DNA of 64,000 nt from an uncultured Gemmatimonadales bacterium (GTDB lineage Bacteria > Gemmatimonadota > Gemmatimonadetes > Longimicrobiales > RSA9). Below the pieces are notes generated by a model that saw nothing but the letters and a program-made list of their open reading frames with translations, had not been told where the DNA came from and made no database searches. Shown here piece after piece: positions 35,082 through 46,951 of the stretch (within the stretch, counting starts at the first letter, position 1; every line of letters starts with the position of its first letter). The position numbers and the translations under genes were made by a program. The stretch lies in contig OY970192.1 of NCBI GenBank assembly GCA_963708135.1, positions 2,176,001 to 2,240,000 on the forward strand, in the 5' to 3' direction.

Positions 35082-35461
35082 GCCTGGGCCTCTTCCTCCG
35101 TCTGGCACCGGATGCAGCGGGTGGCGTACGGAATCGCGTCCAGCCGCTCGAAGGCGATGTCGCCGCCGCACGTCTCGCAGCGCCCGAACGTCTTCGGCCG
35201 CTTGTAGAGCCGGCGCAGCGCGGCGTCGATGTGCCACAGCAGGCGGCCCTCCTCGCTCGCGAACAGGAACGCCTTCTCCCGCTCCATGGCGTCCGTCCCC
35301 TCGTCGGCCGCGTGCAGCGAGAACGCGGACAGGTCCCCGTCCGACGCCTGCGGCGAGCTGGCGAACTCGTCGTCGTACTGCCGGAGCTGCCGAACCGCGC
35401 GACTCCGTTCCTGCAGGAGACGCGCCTCGAGCGCGTCGAGCTGCTTCTTCTTCAGGGGCAT
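35078..35461 (-). CDS. TraR/DksA C4 zinc-finger protein
   Basis: HAADEGTD coiled-coil tip; CETC...ERLDAIPY...CIRC. Confidence 0.92.
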   Translation of the reverse strand: MPLKKKQLDALEARLLQERSRAVRQLRQYDDEFASSPQASDGDLSAFSLHAADEGTDAMEREKAFLFASEEGRLLWHIDAALRRLYKRPKTFGRCETCGGDIAFERLDAIPYATRCIRCQTEEEAQA

Positions 35462-35498
35462 GGGCCGTTCCGTCGCCTTGGGGATGGGCCGCGCCGCG

Positions 35499-38400
35499 TC
35501 ACGCCTTCTCCACGACGATGGTCACCGGACTTCCGTCCACGTCCGTCTCGCGGGCGCAGCCGCCGGGCTCCGCCGGCGCCGTCTCCGCCACCGTCACCTC
35601 GCGGGCGAGCGTGTCGGCGCCGATCGCCTCCCGGTGGGCCGCGGCCGCCTCGGCCACCTCGCCCGCGCCGTAGATGCCGAGCCGGATCCGGTCGCTCACC
35701 TCCAGCCCGCAGTCGCGCCGCTGCCGCTGGATCCGGTTGACCAGCTCGTTGGCGATCCCCTCGAGGCGCAGGGACCGGTCCAGCGTCGGGTCGAGCGCCA
35801 CAGTGTACCCCGCATCCGAGGCAACGGTCAGCTCGCCGCGCGCCTCCTCCTGTACTGCAAAGTCCTGGTCGGACAGAGCTACGCGCCCGCCGTCCAGCTC
35901 GAGTGTCAGCGCCTCGCCGCGCCGGAACGCCTCCAACCGCCCCGACGGCAGCGCACGGATCGCCGTCGCCACCTCCTGCGTCCGCTTCCCGAAACGCGGG
36001 CCGAGCGTCTTGAAGTTCGGGTTGGCGCGCAGCGTGACGAGCTCCTCCGCACGGTCGAGCAGCCGGATCTCCTTCACGTTGAGCTCCTCGCACAGCACCG
36101 CCAGCAGCTCCGCCAGCCGGTCGGGCGCGAGCTCGTGCGCGCCGGGCGCGACGGCGTAGAGGATGCGCAGTGGCTGGCGCACGCGGATCTTCACCGATTC
36201 CCGTGCCGCGCGGCCGAGGCGGCTCAGCTCGCGCACCGCGACCATCCCCTCGTCCAGGGCGGGATCGGCAGCCTCCTCGACCGGCATCGGGTAGAGCTGC
36301 AGGTGGACCGATTCGCCGGTCAGCGCGCGGTGCAGCCAGTCCGAGAGGAACGGCACGATCGGGGCGAGGAGGCGCGCCACGACGCAGAGCACCTCGTGCA
36401 GCGTGCGGAAGGCGGCACGGGTGTCCGCGGCGTCCGCGCTGCCCCAGAAGCGCCCGCGCGAGCGGCGCACGTACCAGTTGGAGAGGTCGTCCACGATGAA
36501 GTCTCCAATGGCGCGGGCGCCACGCGTCAGGTCGTAGTCGCCGAGCGCGGCGCCGGCCCCGGCCGAGAGGGCGGAGAGCCGCGACAGGATCCAGCGGTCG
36601 AGCACGGCCCGCTCGGCCGGCGGGGGATCCTCGGTCCCCGGCGTCCAGCCCTCGAGGTTCGCGTAAAGGGCGAAGAAGCGGTACGTGTTGGCGAGCGTGT
36701 CGAAGACGCGCCTCGCCGCCTCGGCTAGCGCGTCGGGGTCGAAGCGCTTGGGCACCCACGGCTGGCTGTTGGTCAGCAGGTACCAGCGGATGGCGTCGGC
36801 GCCGAACTCCTCGATGGCGTCCCACGGGTTGAGGACGTTGCCGCGGGACTTCGACATCTTCTGGCCCTCGGCGTCGAGGATCAGGTCGTTCACCAGCACG
36901 TGCCGGTAGGCGGGCCCATCGCCCATCATGGTGGCGATGGCCATGAGCGAGTAGAACCAGCCCCGCGTCTGGTCGACGCCCTCGCAGATGAAGTCGGCCG
37001 GGAAGTGGCGCTTCCACTCGTCGCGGTGCTCGAATGGATAGTGCCATTGGGCATACGGCATGGAGCCGGAATCGAACCAGACGTCGATCACCTCCGGCGT
37101 CCGGCGCATCGTGCCGCCGCACTCGCACGCCCACGTGGGCTCGTCGATCCACGGCTTGTGCGGGTCGAACGGCTCGGGCAGCGTGCCGGCCTTCAGCGCC
37201 AGCTGCTGGAAGGACTCGATCACCTCCAGGTGGCTCTCGTCCTCGCTGCACACCCAGATCGGCAGCGGGGTGCCCCAGTAGCGGTCCCGCGAGATGGCCC
37301 AGTCGACGTTTCCCTCCAGCCACTCGCCGAAGCGCCCCGTGCCCACCTCCGGCGGATGCCACGCCACCTGCGCGTTGTTGCGCAGCATCACATCCTTCAC
37401 CGCCGTTGTGCGGATGTACCACGAGTCGCGCGCCATGTAGATGAGCGGGCTGCCGCAGCGCCAGCAGTGGGGATAGGAGTGGACGGCCGTGCTCGCGCGG
37501 AACACCAGCCCGCGCGCCTTCAGGTCCTCCAGCAGCAACGGGTCGGCATCCTTCACGAACTCCCCGCCCACGAGCGGGATCCCCTCCTCGAAGCGGCCGG
37601 CGTCGTCGATCGGCCGGAACATCGGCAGCCCGTGCTCCTGTCCGGCCGCGTAGTCGTCCGCGCCGAACGTCGGCGCCAGGTGGACGATCCCGCTGCCGTC
37701 CTCCGCGGTCACGAAGTCCCCGGGCACCACCGTCCATGCGACGTCGGCCACGCCGGCGTCGGGGATCAGATCGAACGGACGCCTGTAGCGCCGCCCGAGC
37801 AGCTCGCTGGCGGCGTAGCGGCGGAGGATCGGTGTCCCCTCGCCGAAGACGGCGGCCACGCGCGGCTCCGCGAGCACCAGCCGGCGCCCCTCGTGCTCGA
37901 CCTCCGCGTAGGTGAGCTCCGGGTGCACCGCCAGCGCCACGTTGGACGGCAACGTCCACGGCGTGGTGGTCCACACCAGGAATGAGCGTCCCTCCGGGTC
38001 GTACTCCCCGGCGTCCTTCATCCATGGCGCGATGAAATAGAGCGAGGGGTCTTCCACGTCCTCGTAGCCGAGCGCCACCTCGTGGGACGAGAGCGCCGTG
38101 CCGCAGCGCGGACAGTAGGGCACGCTCTTGAAGCCCTTGTAGACGAGCCCCTTGCCGTGCAGCTGCTTCAGCAGCCACCACACCGTCTCAATGTACTCGG
38201 GGTGGAAGGTCACGTAGGGATCGCTGTAGTCCAGCCAGTAGCCGATCCGCTCGCTGAAGCGCTCCCACTCCTCCTTGTACGTGAAGACGCTCTCGCGGCA
38301 CACCTCGTTGAACCGGGCGACGCCCACTTCCTCGATCTGCCGCTTGCCGCTGATGCCGAGCTTCTTCTCCGCCTCGATCTCGACGGGCAGCCCGTGCGTG

Positions 38401-38654
38401 TCCCAACCCGCGATGCGCGTCACGTGCTGGCCGCGCATCGTCTGGAAGCGGCACACCAGGTCCTTGATCGTGCGGCTGATGACGTGATGGATGCCGGGCC
38501 GGCCGTTGGCGGTCGGGGGGCCCTCGTAGAACACGAACTCGTCCGCGCCCGCCGTCGCCTCGAGCGTCCGCTGGAACAGCCGCTCCGCACGCCACGCCTC
38601 GAGCATCGATTCCTCGAGGGTGCGCGTGTCCGGCGGGTAATCGGGATAAGTCAT
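35499..38654 (-). CDS. ileS: Isoleucine-tRNA ligase, type 2 (GIHH signature)
   Basis: EGPPTANG.PGIHH, GWDTHGLP, WTTTPWTLP, DWAISRDRYWG, KMSKS, SNWYVRRSR; type-2 C-terminus without a zinc finger. Confidence 0.97.
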   Translation of the reverse strand: MTYPDYPPDTRTLEESMLEAWRAERLFQRTLEATAGADEFVFYEGPPTANGRPGIHHVISRTIKDLVCRFQTMRGQHVTRIAGWDTHGLPVEIEAEKKLGISGKRQIEEVGVARFNEVCRESVFTYKEEWERFSERIGYWLDYSDPYVTFHPEYIETVWWLLKQLHGKGLVYKGFKSVPYCPRCGTALSSHEVALGYEDVEDPSLYFIAPWMKDAGEYDPEGRSFLVWTTTPWTLPSNVALAVHPELTYAEVEHEGRRLVLAEPRVAAVFGEGTPILRRYAASELLGRRYRRPFDLIPDAGVADVAWTVVPGDFVTAEDGSGIVHLAPTFGADDYAAGQEHGLPMFRPIDDAGRFEEGIPLVGGEFVKDADPLLLEDLKARGLVFRASTAVHSYPHCWRCGSPLIYMARDSWYIRTTAVKDVMLRNNAQVAWHPPEVGTGRFGEWLEGNVDWAISRDRYWGTPLPIWVCSEDESHLEVIESFQQLALKAGTLPEPFDPHKPWIDEPTWACECGGTMRRTPEVIDVWFDSGSMPYAQWHYPFEHRDEWKRHFPADFICEGVDQTRGWFYSLMAIATMMGDGPAYRHVLVNDLILDAEGQKMSKSRGNVLNPWDAIEEFGADAIRWYLLTNSQPWVPKRFDPDALAEAARRVFDTLANTYRFFALYANLEGWTPGTEDPPPAERAVLDRWILSRLSALSAGAGAALGDYDLTRGARAIGDFIVDDLSNWYVRRSRGRFWGSADAADTRAAFRTLHEVLCVVARLLAPIVPFLSDWLHRALTGESVHLQLYPMPVEEAADPALDEGMVAVRELSRLGRAARESVKIRVRQPLRILYAVAPGAHELAPDRLAELLAVLCEELNVKEIRLLDRAEELVTLRANPNFKTLGPRFGKRTQEVATAIRALPSGRLEAFRRGEALTLELDGGRVALSDQDFAVQEEARGELTVASDAGYTVALDPTLDRSLRLEGIANELVNRIQRQRRDCGLEVSDRIRLGIYGAGEVAEAAAAHREAIGADTLAREVTVAETAPAEPGGCARETDVDGSPVTIVVEKA

Positions 38655-38676
38655 CGGGACCAGGACTCTCTGACTG

Positions 38677-39516
38677 TCAGGAAAGGCGCCGCAGCACGCC
38701 CTCGACCAGACGGGTCAGCTTCGGCTCCGCCCGGCCGGCAACGCGGATGATGGACTCGAGGCTCGCGGGCTCGAGCGCATCGGGGAGGCAGGAGTCCGTG
38801 ACGATGCTGAGGCCGAGCACGCGCATGCCGGCGTGGCGCGCCGCGATGACCTCCGGCACGGTGCTCATGCCCACGACGTCGGCGCCGATCCAGCGCAGCA
38901 TGCGGTACTCGGCGCGCGTCTCGAGGCTCGGCCCGACCACCGCCACGTAGACGCCGCGCCGCAGCGCGATCCCCTCGGCCAGGGCGACGTCCTCCGCCAG
39001 CGCCTGGAGCGCACGGTCGTACGGCTCCGACATGTCCGGGAAGCGCTCGCCCAGGGCGTCCAGGTTCGGCCCGATGAGCGGGTTGTCCCCGAGCAGGTTC
39101 ACGTGGTCGTCGATCACCATGATGTCGCCCGGCGCCCAGAGCGGGTTCATCCCGCCGCACGCGTTGGAGACGACCAGGACGGCGGCGCCGAGACGTCGCA
39201 TGACACGCACGGGAAACGTCACCTCGGCCAGGCCGTAGCCCTCGTAGCGGTGGAACCGGCCCTGCATGGCAACGATGCGCCGCCCCGCCAGGGTGCCGAA
39301 CAACAGCCGGCCCGTATGCGTCTCGACCGTCGAGAGCGGGAAGTGCGGCAGCTCCGCGTAGGGTATCGAGGTCTCGAGCTCGATCGCCTCCGCCAGCGCG
39401 CCGAGCCCGGTGCCGAGGATGATGGCCACCTCGGGCGCCCACGAGGTGCGCCCCCGCACGGCCGCCACCGCCTCCTCCAGCATCCGCGCCTGTGTCTCCG
39501 CGGCCGGCTGGCTCAA
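38677..39516 (-). CDS. punA: Purine nucleoside phosphorylase (trimeric type)
   Basis: IILGTGLG, QGRFHRYEG, NACGG, GPSLET.AE, VGMSTVPE; TTG start. Confidence 0.93.
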   Translation of the reverse strand: MSQPAAETQARMLEEAVAAVRGRTSWAPEVAIILGTGLGALAEAIELETSIPYAELPHFPLSTVETHTGRLLFGTLAGRRIVAMQGRFHRYEGYGLAEVTFPVRVMRRLGAAVLVVSNACGGMNPLWAPGDIMVIDDHVNLLGDNPLIGPNLDALGERFPDMSEPYDRALQALAEDVALAEGIALRRGVYVAVVGPSLETRAEYRMLRWIGADVVGMSTVPEVIAARHAGMRVLGLSIVTDSCLPDALEPASLESIIRVAGRAEPKLTRLVEGVLRRLS

Positions 39517-40430
39517 CGGTCCTCCTCCGCCACCCCGCCCACCTCCGCTTCACCCTCGAGCAGCGAGAACGTGGGCGGGTTGCGCATCAGGGCGCCGGCG
39601 GGCCTCGGCCCGACCTCCGCGCCGCTGTCGGGCCCGCCCGCGGCAGCCAGGCCATCGTCCGCCGCGTCCGCCTCGTCCGCTTCGTCCGCTTCGCCCTCGG
39701 CGACGCCGACGGTTTCGTCATCGGCTGGCGCGAACTCCAGCACTGAGGCGATCTCCTCGATGTCCTCGAGGTGCTGCAGGCCCTCCAGCGGCTCCACTTC
39801 CTCCTCGTCCTCCTCGAGCGCTCCCGAGATCACATCCGTCGGCGGCCGGGCGCGCCGCTCCATGCCGAAGCCGAAGCGGCGAGGCTCCCCGCCCCGGTCG
39901 GGCTCCGCCCGGCGGTGTGCGCGCCTCTCCCACGGCTGCCCGGCCTCCGCCTCCGCCTGCGCCTCGAGCTCGAGGGAGTCCTCCTGCACCGAGAGCTCGG
40001 CCAGCTCCCGCTCGAGGAAGACCCGGAAGCTCTGGATCAGGTGGCCGCGGCGGGCGCGCACCCGGCGCAACGCCTCCTCCTCCTTTTCGCGCGCCGTGTG
40101 GGCGCGGGCGAGGATGTCCTCCGCGGCGGCCTCGGCCTCGCGGCGCAGGAGGTCCGCATCGCGGGCCGCCTGCCGGTGGCTCTCCTCCCGGTACTCCTGC
40201 GCCGTCACGAGCGCGTCCGTGAGCGCCTTCTCCCGCTCCCGGAAGTCCTTCACCTGCTGCTCCAGTCGCGCCAGCCGCTCGATGTGGCCGAGGTTCTCGC
40301 GCACGAGCTCCTCCAGCCGGTCGGCCACCAGGTCGAGGAAATCATCCACCAGCTCGGCGTCGTAGCCGCGCATGGAGCGCTTGAAGTCGCCCTTCTTCTT
40401 GCGCACCTCGAGTGGGGTCAGATCGATCAT
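39513..40430 (-). CDS. divIVA: DivIVA-domain protein with acidic low-complexity tail
   Basis: LTPLEVR...F.RSMRGYD..LVDDFLD followed by a coiled coil. Confidence 0.88.
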   Translation of the reverse strand: MIDLTPLEVRKKKGDFKRSMRGYDAELVDDFLDLVADRLEELVRENLGHIERLARLEQQVKDFREREKALTDALVTAQEYREESHRQAARDADLLRREAEAAAEDILARAHTAREKEEEALRRVRARRGHLIQSFRVFLERELAELSVQEDSLELEAQAEAEAGQPWERRAHRRAEPDRGGEPRRFGFGMERRARPPTDVISGALEEDEEEVEPLEGLQHLEDIEEIASVLEFAPADDETVGVAEGEADEADEADAADDGLAAAGGPDSGAEVGPRPAGALMRNPPTFSLLEGEAEVGGVAEEDR

Positions 40431-41125
40431 GTCACCCGTTCCCCGAAAAGGATGGTCCCCAGACGGACCAGCGTGCTCCCCTCCTCCACCGCGACCTCGA
40501 AGTCGCTCGACATCCCCATCGAGAGGGACACGGCCTGGAAGCCAGGCAGCTCGGCGCCGCAGCGCTCGAAGAGGGCGCGCGCGCCGGCGAACGTCGCCCG
40601 CACGACGCCCTCGTCCGCCGCGAGCGGCGCCATGGTCATGAGCCCCTCGATGCGCAGGCGCGGCAGCGCGCAGATCTCCGCAATGGCGTCGAGCGCGGCC
40701 CCGGACGCGAAGCCGCCCTTCGTCGCCTCCCCGGAGACGTTCACCTCCACGAGGCCGCGCACCTGCTCGAGCCCCGCCGCCTCGGCGCCGGCCGACAGCG
40801 CGCGCGCCAGGCGCAGCGAGTCGATCGACTCGATCATGTCGAACAGCGGCAGCGCGCGCTCGACCTTGTTGCGCTGGAGATGACCGATCAGGTGCCACTC
40901 CACCGCCTGCCGCCCCACCGCCTCCACCTTCGCCTCGAGCTCCTGCACCCGGTTCTCACCGCAAACGCGCAGTCCGGCCTCTATCGCAGCGGCCGCGGCG
41001 GACGGCGGGTGCCCCTTCGTCACGGCGACGACCGTCACCTCATCGCGTCGGCCGACCCGCCGGAGAGCCGCCTCGATGCGCTCTCGCACGTGGGGTAGGC
41101 TCCCCCGTAGCCTCGCTTCGTACAT
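40427..41125 (-). CDS. yggS: PLP homeostasis protein
   Basis: VAVTK, GENRVQE, WHLIGHLQRNK, GLMTM, SMGMSSDF..AVEEGST.VRLGT. Confidence 0.95.
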   Translation of the reverse strand: MYEARLRGSLPHVRERIEAALRRVGRRDEVTVVAVTKGHPPSAAAAAIEAGLRVCGENRVQELEAKVEAVGRQAVEWHLIGHLQRNKVERALPLFDMIESIDSLRLARALSAGAEAAGLEQVRGLVEVNVSGEATKGGFASGAALDAIAEICALPRLRIEGLMTMAPLAADEGVVRATFAGARALFERCGAELPGFQAVSLSMGMSSDFEVAVEEGSTLVRLGTILFGERVT

Positions 41126-41134
41126 GGCGATGGA

Positions 41135-41163
41135 ATTGTACGGGTCGTTTGGGGAAAGATCAA
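41135..41163 (-). promoter_or_regulatory. Sigma70-like promoter of the yggS-divIVA-punA-ileS operon (very short leader)
   Basis: TTGATC - 17 nt - TACAAT - 9 nt - ATG. Confidence 0.75.
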
Positions 41164-41164
41164 C

Positions 41165-41213
41165 GCGGGATGCGGGACGCGGGATGTGGGGCTCGGGGTT
41201 CGGGACGCCGGCA
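41165..41213. repeat. Heptamer tandem repeat (GCGGGAT-like x7)
   Basis: GCGGGAT GCGGGAC GCGGGAT GTGGGGC TCGGGGT TCGGGAC GCCGGCA. Confidence 0.75.
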
Positions 41214-41322
41214 CGGCCGATGGGTCGGGGGGAGGCTTGCGAGGGCGGGCGCAGCGGCCGAAGTTTGCCGATCCGGCCCACCCGCAGCCCGCCGGCCGGC
41301 CCGACCGGCATGGAGAGCGCGC

Positions 41323-42552
41323 ATGGAAACGACGCACGTCCAGACGGCCACGCCCGGCGGTGCCGCCACGGACCACCGCGCGGCGGTGGCGGCCGGCTTC
41401 CTGGGGTGGACGCTCGACGCCTTCGATTTCTTCCTCGTCGTCTTCTCGCTGACCGCCATCGCGGCGGAGTTCGGCAGGACGGACGCACAGATCGCGTTGT
41501 CGCTGACGCTCACGCTGGCGTTCCGCCCGGTCGGCGCGTTCATCTTCGGCCTGATCGCCGACCGCTACGGCCGGCGCGTCCCCCTCATGATGGACCTCGT
41601 CTTCTTCTCCATCATCGAGGTGGCGACGGGGCTCGTCCACAGCTACGCGGCGTTCCTCGTCCTGCGCGCGTTGTTCGGCATCGGCATGGGCGCCGAGTGG
41701 GGCGTCGGCGCCTCGCTGGCCATGGAGAAGGCACCGGCGGGCCGGCGGGGGATCCTCTCCGGGCTGCTCCAGGAAGGCTACGCGTTCGGCTACCTCCTCG
41801 CGGCCGGCTGCTACTTTCTGGTGTTCCCGCGCTTCGGCTGGCGGCCCATGTTCTTCCTGGGCGGGCTCCCCGCTCTGCTCGCGCTCTACGTCCGCTTCCA
41901 GGTGAAGGAGTCGGAAGTCTGGGAGCGGACGCGCAAGACCAGCTGGCGCGAGCTGTTCCGCGAGATCGCCTCGCACTGGAAGCTCTTCCTCTTCATCACG
42001 CTGCTCATGGGGATGATGAACTCCGTGAGCCACGGTACACAGGACCTCTATCCCACCTTCCTGCAGCGCGACTGGGGCTTCACGCCGCGGATGCGCGCCG
42101 CCCTCACCGCCTTCAGCATGGTGGGCGCGATCATCGGCGGGATCGTGACCGGCATGATCTCGGACCGGATCGGCCGGCGCAGGGCCATCGTCGGCGCGCT
42201 CGCGCTCGCGGTGCTTGCCATCCCGGTCTGGGCCTTCGCCCCCAACCTGCTCGTGCTCTGGGTGGGCGCCTTCCTCATGCAGTTCATGGTGCAGGGCGCC
42301 TGGGGCGTGATCCCCGCCCACATCACCGAGCTCTCGCCCGACAGCGTGCGCGGCTTCCTCCCCGGCTTCGCCTACCAGTGCGGGGCGCTGCTGGCGAGCG
42401 TCATCCCGCTCATCGAGGCCGAGATCGCGCAGCACATGAGCTACGCCCGCTCCATGGCCGTGACCGCCCTCGTCGTCTTCATCCTCGCGGGAGTGGTGGC
42501 GGGGCTCGGCTGGGAAAGGCGTGGCGTGCGGTTCGGGGAGCCCGCGGACTGA
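41323..42552 (+). CDS. MFS transporter, SHS/JEN-like carboxylate permease
   Basis: FLGWTLDAFDFF, ADRYGRR, GIGMGAEWG, SHGTQDLYPTFL, GAWGVIP; about 12 TMs. Confidence 0.92.
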   Translation: METTHVQTATPGGAATDHRAAVAAGFLGWTLDAFDFFLVVFSLTAIAAEFGRTDAQIALSLTLTLAFRPVGAFIFGLIADRYGRRVPLMMDLVFFSIIEVATGLVHSYAAFLVLRALFGIGMGAEWGVGASLAMEKAPAGRRGILSGLLQEGYAFGYLLAAGCYFLVFPRFGWRPMFFLGGLPALLALYVRFQVKESEVWERTRKTSWRELFREIASHWKLFLFITLLMGMMNSVSHGTQDLYPTFLQRDWGFTPRMRAALTAFSMVGAIIGGIVTGMISDRIGRRRAIVGALALAVLAIPVWAFAPNLLVLWVGAFLMQFMVQGAWGVIPAHITELSPDSVRGFLPGFAYQCGALLASVIPLIEAEIAQHMSYARSMAVTALVVFILAGVVAGLGWERRGVRFGEPAD

Positions 42553-42627
42553 CTCACCAGGCCCGCGCGGGGCTCGCCGTGTCCGCGGGCTCGCGTAATC
42601 GTTTCTCGCGGAGGCGCGGGCGGGAGG

Positions 42628-43431
42628 CTACCGCCGCTCGGCCGGCACGGCGGCGCCGGCCTCGAGCGCCTTGCCCGTGAGCGCCTCCCTGAGCCGGTCG
42701 AGGGTGACGCCCTGCTCGAGCCGGCCGCGCTGGGCGAGCGAGACGCGGGCGGTCTCCTCGCTGACCACGACGATGAGCGCGTCGGTCTCCTCCGACAGGC
42801 CGAGCGCCGCGCGGTGGCGGGTGCCCAGGCTCTTGTCGAGGATCGGGAACTGGGTGAGCGGCAGGATGACGCCCGCGGCGATGATCATGTCGCCGGAGAC
42901 GAGCACGGCGCCGTCGTGGAGGGGGCCGTAAGGCAGGAAAATGCTGACCAGGATGTCGGCCGAGACCCTGGCCTGGATGCGGGTGCCGGTGTCCGCGTAC
43001 TCCTCCAGTCCCACCTGCCGCTCCACGGCGATGATCGCGCCCATCTTGGCACGTGCCAGCCGCTCCACCGCCTCCACGAGCTCGTCCGCCACCACGCTCT
43101 CCTCGAGCCGGTTGAAGAAGCGCAGCATCCGGTTCTGCCCGAGGCGGGCCAGCCCGTTGCGCAGCTCCGGCTGGAAGACGATGAGCGCCGCGAAGGCGCC
43201 GTACTGGAAGAGCTTCTCCATGATGTAGCGGATCAGGTCCATGTCGAGCGCGCGCGCCGCGATGTAGATCCCGAAGAGAAGCACCAGCCCGACCAGGATC
43301 TGGATCGCCCGCGTGCGGACCAGGACCCGCAGCACGTAATAGATCCCGACGCCGACGATCAGGATCTGGATGACGTCCTTGAAGCCCGGCAGCAGGAAGG
43401 CGTAGCGGTCGAGGAAGGGGCTCACGAGCAC
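42628..43431 (-). CDS. cdaA: Diadenylate cyclase, CdaA type
   Basis: Three N-terminal TMs, IVFQPELR, PLHDGA, GTRHRAA, VVSEET. GTG start at 43431 or 43425. Confidence 0.95.
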   Translation of the reverse strand: MLVSPFLDRYAFLLPGFKDVIQILIVGVGIYYVLRVLVRTRAIQILVGLVLLFGIYIAARALDMDLIRYIMEKLFQYGAFAALIVFQPELRNGLARLGQNRMLRFFNRLEESVVADELVEAVERLARAKMGAIIAVERQVGLEEYADTGTRIQARVSADILVSIFLPYGPLHDGAVLVSGDMIIAAGVILPLTQFPILDKSLGTRHRAALGLSEETDALIVVVSEETARVSLAQRGRLEQGVTLDRLREALTGKALEAGAAVPAERR

Positions 43432-44293
43432 GCTCGGACCTCCTCCGCCAGCGCGAGCGCGCGGCGGACCGCGCCCACATCGTGGACGCGGAACAGGCGG
43501 GCCCCGCGGAGCAACGCGATGACGCACGCGGCCAGCGTCCCCTCGAGCCGCTCCTCCGGCCGCAGGCTGCCCGCCGCCTCGCCCACGAACCGCTTGCGTG
43601 ACGGCCCGACCATCACGGGGCGGCCGAGCGCCGCCAGCCGGGCGAGGCCCGCGAGCACCGCCACGCTGTGCTCCGTCCGCTTCGAGAAGCCGAGGCCGGG
43701 ATCGACCACGAGCGCCTCAGCCGCGACGCCGGCCGCGCGCGCGCGCTGCACCGCCTCCGCGAGCTCCGCCACCACCTCGCCGACCGGATCGGCGCCGTAG
43801 CGGGCTTCCTCGTACCTGGCCATGGTCTCGATCGTACCCCGGGAATGCATCAGGATGATGCCCGCGCCAGCCTCGCACGCGACGGCGCCCAGCGCGGGAT
43901 CCAGGCGCAGTCCCGAGACGTCGTTCACGACTGCCGCGCCGGCGCCGAGCGCCGCCCGGGCCACCTCCGCCTTCACCGTGTCCACGGACACCACCAGCGC
44001 GGGCCAGCGGCGCGCGAGCGCCTCGACCACCGGCACGACGCGCGCCCGCTCCTCCTCGGCGGACACCCTCCGGGCGCCGGGGCGGGAGGACTCGCCGCCG
44101 ACGTCGATCAGGTCGGCGCCCGCCTCCAGCATCGCCTCCGCATGTCGGACGGCGGCCTCCACGCCCGCGTGGAGGCCGCCGTCCCAGAACGAATCCGGCG
44201 TCACGTTCAGGATGCCGAGGATGCACGGCCGATCGAGGGACAGCGGCCCGCGAGCCGTGCGCCAGACCTCCGCTTCCCCCCCGGCCGGCGTCA

Positions 44294-44294
<1 letters not shown>
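43422..44294 (-). CDS. folP: Dihydropteroate synthase
   Basis: GILNVTPDSF, DVGGESSRPG, VSVDT, DPGLGF.K, GPSRKRF, FRVHDV. Confidence 0.96.
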
Positions 44295-46363
<2,069 letters not shown>

Positions 46364-46396
46364 ATCCTTCGAGCGAACCCGCCGCCCGCCGCCGGC

Positions 46397-46951
46397 TCAG
46401 AGGCTGGCGATGAAGGGAAGGTTCCGGAAGTTCTCACTATGATCCAGCCCGTAGCCGACGAGGAACTCGCGGGGCGCGTCGAAGCCGACCCAGCGCGGCT
46501 CGCGCGCCAGAGTCGGCGCGATCCGCTTGTGCAGCAGCGCGCACAACTCGATGCTCCTCGGCCCCCGCTTCTCCAGGAGCGGGATCAGCCGGTTGATCGT
46601 CGTGCCGCTGTCGATGATGTCCTCGACCAGCAGCACGTGCCTGTCCTCCAGCGTTGCGCCCGGGTCGTAGAGCAGCCGCACCTCGCCGCTCGAGACGGTG
46701 CCAGCGCCGTAGCTCGAAGCTACCAGGAAGTCCATCTGGATCGGCCGCTTGATCTGCCGCACCAAGTCCGCCATGAAGATGAAGGAGCCCTTGAGCAGCC
46801 CCAGCACCAGCACGGGTTCCCCCTCCGCGTATCCCGCGGCGATCTCCTCGCCCATCTCCGCCACGCGGCGCGCGATCTGCTCCGCCGGGTAGACGATGCG
46901 CCGCAGCGCCTGCCCGCCCGTCCGCGCGTGCGTCTCAGCCGTGTCGTGCAT
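46397..46951 (-). CDS. hpt: Hypoxanthine phosphoribosyltransferase
   Basis: [31 protein letters not shown]. Confidence 0.96.
   Translation of the reverse strand: MHDTAETHARTGGQALRRIVYPAEQIARRVAEMGEEIAAGYAEGEPVLVLGLLKGSFIFMADLVRQIKRPIQMDFLVASSYGAGTVSSGEVRLLYDPGATLEDRHVLLVEDIIDSGTTINRLIPLLEKRGPRSIELCALLHKRIAPTLAREPRWVGFDAPREFLVGYGLDHSENFRNLPFIASL

Noticed and set aside
38655..38676. T-box leader for ileS
   Set aside because: Only 22 bp separate punA and ileS, leaving no room for one.
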